NCBI RefSeq assembly: GCF_006345805.1
Contig: NW_021833326.1
Location: 1-27,659 of the forward strand
Direction: 5' to 3'
Source of the DNA: Octopus sinensis
Lineage: Eukaryota
DNA: 27,659 nt
Below are positions 21,061-27,659 of the stretch, one piece after another. The notes under the pieces are model-generated. The model searched no databases. It was not told where the DNA came from and saw only the letters and a list, made by a program, of their open reading frames with translations. Position 1 is the stretch's first letter. Each line of letters opens with the position of its first letter. The translations under genes were made by a program, and so were the position numbers.

Positions 21061-22207
21061 TTTCTTTATTGCCCACAAGGGGCTAAACACAGAGGGGACA
21101 AACAAGGACAGACAAAGGGATTAAGTCGATTACATCGGACCCCAGTGCGTAACTGGTACTTAATTTATCGACCCCGAAAGGATGAAAGGCAAAGTCGACC
21201 TCGGCGGAATTTGAACTCAGAACGTAACGGCAGACGAAATACCCATTTCTTTACTACCCACAAGGGGCTAAACACAGAGGGGACAAACAAGGATAGACAA
21301 AGGGATTAAGTCGATTACATCGACCCCAGTGCGTAACTGGTACTTATTTATCGACCCCGAAAGGATGAAAGGCAAAGTCGACCTCGGCGGAATTTGAACT
21401 CAGAACGTAACGGCAGACGAAATACTTATTTCTTTACTACCCACAAGGGGCTAAACACAGAGGGGACAAACAAGGACAGACATAGGTATTAAGTCGATTA
21501 CATCGACCCCAGTGCGTAACTGGTACTTAATTTATCGACCCCGAAAGGATGAAAGGCAAAGTCGACCTCGGCGGAATTTGAACTCAGAACGTAACGGCAG
21601 ACGAAATACCCATTTCTTTACTACCCACAAGGGGCTAAACACAGAGGGGACAAACAAGGACAGACAAAGGGATTAAGTCGATTACATCGACCCCAGTGCG
21701 TAACTGGTACTTATTTATCGCGACCCCGAAAGGATGAAAGGCAAAGTCGACTCGGCGGAATTTGAACTCAGAACGTAACGGCAGACGAAATACTTATTTC
21801 TTTACTACCCACAAGGGGCTAAACACAGAGGGGACAAACAAGGACAGACATAGGTATTAAGTCGATTACAATCGACCCCAGTGCGTAACTGGTACTTAAT
21901 TTATCGACCCCGAAAGGATGAAGGCAAGTCGACCCTCGGAATTGGAACTCAGAACGTAACGGCAGACGAAATACCCATTTCTTTACTACCACACAGGGGC
22001 TAAACACAGAGGGGACAAACAAGGACAGACAAAGGGATTAAGTCGATTACATCGACCCCAGTGCGTAACTGGTACTTAATTTATCGACCCCGAAAGGATG
22101 AAAGGCAAAGTCGACCTCGGCGGAATTTGAACTCAGAACGTAACGGCAGACGAAATACGGCTACGCATTTCGCCCGGCGTGCTAACGATTCTGCCAGCTC
22201 ACCGCCT
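21061..22207 (-). repeat. Tandem array of six family A SINE units (~183 bp each)
   Basis: Six near-identical units; only the unit at 21977-22207 has the complete head. Confidence 0.95.
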
Positions 22208-22857
22208 TGTTTCCTATTTCGTTTCTCTGAGGTACGCTATCGCAATATGGTGTTTTTATCTTTCGTGTTATCTATTTTCCGACGTTTGTTCTAGAATTCT
22301 AGACCCCCATCTTTTTATCTGGTGTATATAGTTAATAAAACAACCAACCATACGCCGTCCGGCTACTAATGGATTTTGCCAAAGCGCTTATTGCTAACTA
22401 AATATTTAATGCCAATTGTGTTTATAGCTGGTTGCCTTAAGCAAACAAATGTACATACGATCATACGTTCTTCATACGTTCATACTTTCATACTTTCATA
22501 CATATATATATATACATTCATACAAAAAGCTGAGAAACACACACTCACACACCACATGCGCACATACACATATTCTAGATTTTCTTCAATAACACACTCT
22601 GTAACGACGCTACTTTATCAGAAATATTTGAACAGCCAGCGTTTATAAGAGAACCTCGTCATTGCTTGCTCATTTATTAATGGCTCTGTATAATGTATAC
22701 CGACTTGGTTTAAGCATTTCTTTCTTCCTTCCTTTCTTTCTTTCTTTCTTTCTTTCTTTTCCTTTCTTTCTTTCTTTCTGTCTTTCTTTCTTCTTTCTCG
22801 ACTTGTTGAATTATTGTCTTTGTATTATTATAGACAAAAGTTATCTAAAATCATTGC

Positions 22858-23035
22858 TAATAATAATATAATAATAATAATAATAATATAATAATAATAA
22901 TAATAATAAAAGGATGGATGATGATATGATGATATGATGATGATGATGATGATGATATATGATGATGATATAATAATAATAATGAATAATGATAATAATA
23001 ATAATAATAATAATAATGATGATGTGATGATGATG

Positions 23036-23098
<63 letters not shown>

Positions 23099-23100
23099 TA
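22858..23100. repeat. Degenerate (AAT)n/(GAT)n tract
   Basis: Visible directly; many 1-bp interruptions. Confidence 0.9.
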
Positions 23101-23139
23101 ATTCTCCTATAAGCACAGAGCCTTTCTCCTATAAGCCCA

Positions 23140-23305
23140 GAGCCGGAGATTTGGTGGAATGGGGCTACATCAACCCTAGTCTATGACTGGTACTTATATC
23201 ATCGACCTCGAAAAGATGCCAGGCTAAGTCGACCTCGGCGGAATTTGAACTCAGAACGTGAAGACGTGTGAAATGTCGCTAAGCATTTTGCCCGGCGAGT
23301 TGGTG
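23140..23305 (-). mobile_element. Family A2 SINE, diverged
   Basis: GTCGACCTCGGCGGAATTTGAACTCAGAACG core/B box and head remnant. Confidence 0.65.
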
Positions 23306-23349
23306 ATTCCAATACAATACAAATAAATACAACGCTACCTTCAACAGCA

Positions 23350-24020
23350 GAAAGAATTATAATAACGGACGCACACAACATCCAGGGGCTTTCCCAACGA
23401 AGCTCTCCCTATCCCCCCTTCCCTCCATCTCCTCTAAAAGCAATACAAATACAATACAAATAAAGTAGGATTGCGGGATAAGAAAAAATGGGTGAACAAA
23501 AGAATGACAAAAAAAGTTTTAACAGTTTAAATCCCCAAAAGAGGGACACTCTCAAGGGTTGCTCATGGATACCCCACAAAAGCCACGATCGTCCTGACTT
23601 CTTAGACAAGGGCCCTCTCCTCTTCATCCACCCTTGATGTAGGGCCATTCGATCTATATTTTTAACAAAATTGTTGAAAGGCAGCACTTCTCTCTCCACC
23701 TTCACTTTTTTTTCAAGTGATTCTTGATAAAATTGATGTGGGCTTGGCCGAAAAGGAAAGTGTCTGTTCTCACCCTTTTCAATCGCGTCCAACATACAAC
23801 CTCTTTTTCTACAACCAACTTAAAATAAACACTGTCTGTCCTTCCCGGTCAAAGGAAGGCGACATGGCCATCTTAACATTGGACCCAATCGATAGCCGGA
23901 TAGCCTACACATGTCAGCAGGTTTTCGACATAAACTCACAAGTCAGCAATATTCAAGCACTGAACAGCAGGTGTTCAACATAAACTCAAGCCAGCAAAAC
24001 TTTGGAACTGAACAGCAGGA
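23350..24020 (-). mobile_element. Degenerate 3' end of a Tx1/L1-clade LINE
   Basis: Frameshifted VQCLNIADL*VYVENLL..KEVVCWTRLK..GQAHINFIKNHLKKKVKVEREVLPFNNFVK resembles Tx1-type ORF2 C-termini (W..R and ER..L....F motifs). A ~60-bp internal duplication lies near 23910-24020. Confidence 0.6.
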
Positions 24021-24250
24021 TGAGAGGCAAAGTCAACCTCGGCGAAATTTGAATTCAGAACGTAAAGACGGACGAAATGTTGCTCAGCATTTTGTCCGGC
24101 GTGCTCACGATTCTGCTAACTCGCCGTCTCTAGAACACCTTTAATAGTTCTTTCTAATTTTGGCACGAGACCGCCAACGATAAGGGGAGGGATTAGTCGA
24201 TTCCATCGGTTCTAGTGCTCAACTAATAATTATTTTAATCGTCCCTAAAA
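24020..24250 (-). mobile_element. Family A/A2 SINE fragments
   Basis: Head and B box at 24020-24125; tail at 24140-24250. Confidence 0.6.
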
Positions 24251-24384
24251 TGATGAAATCCGATCATCGATATGACATGGGACTAAACAACAACAGCTCT
24301 ACATCATAGTTCATCACTGTAATAACCAACCACAGCAACAAGGGGGTTCCTGCTTGGCTACCCTGCCAGCTAGAAATTACAGGA

Positions 24385-24740
24385 GGAAGCACTCCGTCGG
24401 TTACGACGATGAGGGTTCCGGTTATCCGACCAACGGAACAGCCTGCTTGAAATTAACGTGTAAGTGGCTGAGCACTCCACAGCACGTGTACCCTTAACGT
24501 AGTTCTCGGGGATATTCAGCGTGACACAGAGTGACAAAGCCGGCCTTTGAAATACAGGTACAACAGAAACAGGACTAAGAGTGAAGAAAGTTTGGTGAAA
24601 GATACAACAGGGATCACCACCATTCCTGCCGGAGCCTCGTGGGCTAGGTGTTTTCGCTCAATAACACCACACGCCCAGTCTGAATCGAACCGCAATCCTA
24701 CGACCGCGAGTCCGCTGCCTTAACCAGCCTTGCGCCTCAC
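24385..24740 (-). mobile_element. Family D SINE with many small deletions
   Basis: Colinear with 15332-15661, plus extra 3' tail sequence at 24385-24436. Confidence 0.8.
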
Positions 24741-24779
24741 AAAATCACAACAATAGATAATATTTTCACTTCTTACTCC

Positions 24780-24963
24780 AACAACAACAACAACAACAAC
24801 AACGAAAAATACCTTAGGAATGAGAACCCAGGTTCGAAAATTTTCCCCAAACACCTGATGAAGGCTGGAGGGTATATCAGCCGAAACAACAAACAAGATT
24901 AGGACAAATATCCGTTAAATGTAAATAATGTAAATAATTCCTCATCTCTTAAATATTGAACTC
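24780..24963 (+). mobile_element. Family F copy 3: headless, HHR cleavage site deleted
   Basis: (ACA)n, then ACAC-CTGATGA-A-GGCTG...CAGCC-GAAAC joined directly to AACAAACAAG, followed by TGTAAATAA x2. Confidence 0.85.
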
Positions 24964-25004
24964 TCAAAAACTTGAATTAAATTCCAAGAAAAATCATACA
25001 CATG

Positions 25005-25199
25005 CGAGGGGGTGCTGAAAGTTACTGGCCTTAAAGGTTTCACGAAAGGCGTGTTTGGAGCCCCAACCATCCGTATTCTTTTACAGGTCATACAAAAACT
25101 GAAGGACTGCTAGGAGAATATGTTGAATAAAATCCTAATTAACTGATCCTCCTGTGCTTTCTTTTACACAAGGCCAAGAACTTTTCAGTACTCCCCTCG
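25005..25199. mobile_element. Tc1/mariner-type MITE
   Basis: Terminal inverted repeats (TIRs) CGAGGGGGTGCTGAAAGTTACTGGCCTT (25005-25032) and AAGGCCAAGAACTTTTCAGTACTCCCCTCG (25170-25199). The TA TSD is not intact. Confidence 0.75.
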
Positions 25200-25204
25200 C
25201 GTGC

Positions 25205-25241
<37 letters not shown>

Positions 25242-25784
25242 ACACACACACACACACATGCTCACACTCTTCGGTCCTCCCGTTCAAATTGCGCATACGG
25301 ATATAAGTATGTATCCGCACATATATATGCTCCGACTCTGACTAATATCCACACCCCACGCTGCCTCTGTTACTGCATACTATCATTATTTTACGCATGT
25401 CCACCATTCTTACCCATTATCCATTTCCGATCTCCTCTACCCAGAAACCACCCAGTTACATAGCTACCCACCTTCTTCACACGTTATTTCCATAACCAAC
25501 GTACAACAGCTCACGGACGTTTTTCTCCTTCTTTCTTTTCTACTTTCTCTCGAGAATCCTCTCTCCCCTCCCCCACCGCCAGCCTTCCCCTCGTGGCAAT
25601 TACATTTACATTTATATCACGTTTGGTTTTATTTATTACCTAATTTCCTTTGTTACCTCTCTCCCTACCACACGTGTCAATAGACTCCACCACACGGGGA
25701 ATTTAATTGCCAATTGCAATTCAACTCAATAAGTCATTTTGAAATATTATAGCATAAGAATTTATGTCAAGCTGTATACGTACA

Positions 25785-26081
25785 GACACATACATACATA
25801 CATACATACATACATACATACATACATACATACATAATACATACATACGTAAATACATACATACGTAAATACATGCATACATACATGCATGCATACATGC
25901 ATACATACATGCATACATAATACATACGTACATACATATATACATACATACATGCATACATGCATGTATACATACATACACAGATACACACATTCATACG
26001 TATATACATACATACATATATAGACACATACATACATACATGCATGGTATACATACATACATGCATACATATCTACACACA

Positions 26082-26114
<33 letters not shown>

Positions 26115-26140
26115 GCATACATACATGCATATATACATAT
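25785..26140. repeat. Degenerate (CATA)n/(CATG) array
   Basis: Visible directly in the sequence. Confidence 0.9.
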
Positions 26141-26232
26141 ATAGTGTGGGGCGCAGTTGAGCAAGAGACCAACAAAACTCCTTGTAACACCAAAGATGAA
26201 CTGAAGACAGGGATTATGGCAGCATTCACCAA
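26141..26232 (+). pseudogene. C-terminal fragment of a Tc1/mariner-superfamily transposase
   Basis: VWGAVEQETNKTPCNTKDELKTGIMAAFTN resembles the segment after SPDLNPLDY. Confidence 0.6.
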
Positions 26233-26250
26233 CTGGATGTTTGATTTTTA

Positions 26251-26395
26251 TCACTCTCGGTACATGTCCTCAGATTGCACTGTCTTCAGATTGACACCCA
26301 AACACTCTGAAATGTTCGTATTGCAGCTTCCGGCGCCAATGCCAAACAGTACAGCATGTTGTTTCCAAATTTCTGACAGAGTGAATTGCGTCATG
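26251..26395 (-). pseudogene. Possible N-terminal (HTH) fragment of a Tc1/mariner-type transposase
   Basis: MTQFTLSEIWKQHAVLFGIGAGSCNTNISECLGVNLKTVQ has an HTH-like pattern (I...LGV...TV). Confidence 0.45.
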
Positions 26396-26444
26396 GTGCG
26401 CCAATGCCTTGTGAGTGGATTTGGTAGACGGAAACTGAAATGGC

Positions 26445-26820
26445 TCAATTAACCACCACAGTTGCGCCTGCTGGGGACCTGGGAATCCACAAATTACAAC
26501 TGACCAAGAATCACAATATGGTGTGGCTTACTATCAAAAGGATTTATTGGACCATTCTTTTTGTGATGGTACTGTGACTGTTCCCATTTATTTGAACCAG
26601 CTAAAACAATCTACCAAGCCAAGCCAAGCATTCAAGAGGACTTTGAAGATGTGGTGTTTATTTCCAGCAAGATGAGGCACCCTACACTAACAAGGTAATG
26701 TAAATGCCCACCTTGATGAGATATAGTCAAACAGGTGGACTGGACGAAGAAGTTCAGTAGAATACCCTCCATATCCAACGGACCTCAGTCCACTAAACTT
26801 TTTTATTAGGTTACTTAAAA
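26445..26820 (+). pseudogene. Decayed DDE/D core of an IS630-Tc1-mariner transposase
   Basis: Frameshifted motifs INHHSCACW..NP, GFIGPFF-DGTVT, FQQDEAP and NRWTGRR..EYPPYPTDLSPLNFF match ..IGPFFF..TV, FQQDGAP and RWIGR..WPPRSPDL.PLDFF. Confidence 0.75.
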
Positions 26821-27060
26821 CATAAAACATAAAGTTTGGAAAATTGGTTTCAGTCGGCGAATTGAGAGCAACCATTGGACGAGAACGAGCACAATTTGCG
26901 ATTCTATTGTTTCACGTCATCGGCAGCGCCTCGAGTAGAAACAACACCAGTTTGAAAAATCTTAAATTCTATCTGTAGATTCTATTAAATTTTGAAAATG
27001 AAATGTATTTTAGTAAACACTGATTTTATAATCATTCAATGACTGTATACATTTCGTGGG

Positions 27061-27129
<69 letters not shown>

Positions 27130-27134
<5 letters not shown>

Positions 27135-27447
27135 GTTTATATATTTGTTGTGCAAGATTTTTTATATGAAGTCGTGTGTTGAAACAGATATTGTTATATT
27201 CGGAATGGTCATTTTGCCAGTTTAGCCAATAAAACACACGGTTAGTAAGGAGAGACACAAATAAGAAAGAAGAAAACAAAGGACCACTGATTCGGTCACA
27301 GGAGTGTGACGAAAGAGCTCAGGCCGAAATAAGATTAATTAATGTAAAAAATAAATAACACTGAAGTCAAATAACAACCAAATATATAGTGCGCGTGTGT
27401 TTATTGGCTAAACTGGCAAAAATGACCATTCCGAAATATAACAATAT
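27130..27447. mobile_element. Inverted-repeat element (53-bp arms) in (TA)n with an internal HHR-like motif
   Basis: Arms at 27188-27240 and 27394-27447 (ATATTGTTATATTCGGAATGGTCATTTTGCCAGTTTAGCCAATAAAACACACG and its reverse complement). Confidence 0.8.
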
Positions 27448-27471
27448 ATGTATATATATATATATATATAA

Positions 27472-27513
<42 letters not shown>

Positions 27514-27603
27514 ATATGCCCCCCAGCATGGCCACAGCTCGTGAGCTGAAACTAGATAAAATAAAATTTAAAAAAATATAAACTTGTGTGTGTATGTGCA
27601 TAC

Positions 27604-27652
<49 letters not shown>

Positions 27653-27659
27653 ATATATG

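Noticed and set aside
21061-22207. CRISPR-like appearance of a regular array
   Set aside because: Units are wholly repeated ~183-bp SINE segments with no unique spacers, there are no cas genes and the context is eukaryotic.
22215-22450. Possible homeodomain-site enhancer (TAATGG, TAATGC, CAATTG)
   Set aside because: Such short motifs are expected by chance in AT-rich DNA, and no conservation data are available.

Overview
Eukaryotic, AT-rich, microsatellite- and SINE-saturated genomic DNA. The repeat make-up suggests an octopod cephalopod such as Octopus; this is inference from recalled repeat families, not a search. It is not prokaryotic, and I found no operon, CRISPR array, rRNA or real tRNA gene. 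The one convincing host gene is an uninterrupted ~643-aa C2H2 zinc-finger ORF (11687-13618, +). It ends in an Ikaros/Hunchback-type finger pair but has no tandem DNA-binding array. The rest is mobile-element debris: several tRNA-derived SINE families (my labels A, B, D/D', F), unclassified repeats (E, G), 3' fragments of an RTE-like and a Tx1/L1-like LINE, a mariner-type MITE, two decayed Tc1/mariner transposase segments and a probable piggyBac-like end. The most notable signal is family F, which joins a tRNA-like Pol III head, an internal (AAT)n tract and a minimal type I hammerhead ribozyme (HHR) of the Penelope-associated kind. One of its three copies has a complete catalytic core with a GUC site. 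Two further unrelated HHR-like motifs occur at ~9464 and ~27287. The window also has three fold-back or inverted duplications and a six-unit SINE array with a dimeric higher-order pattern. Most ORFs in the supplied track are microsatellite or SINE artefacts.
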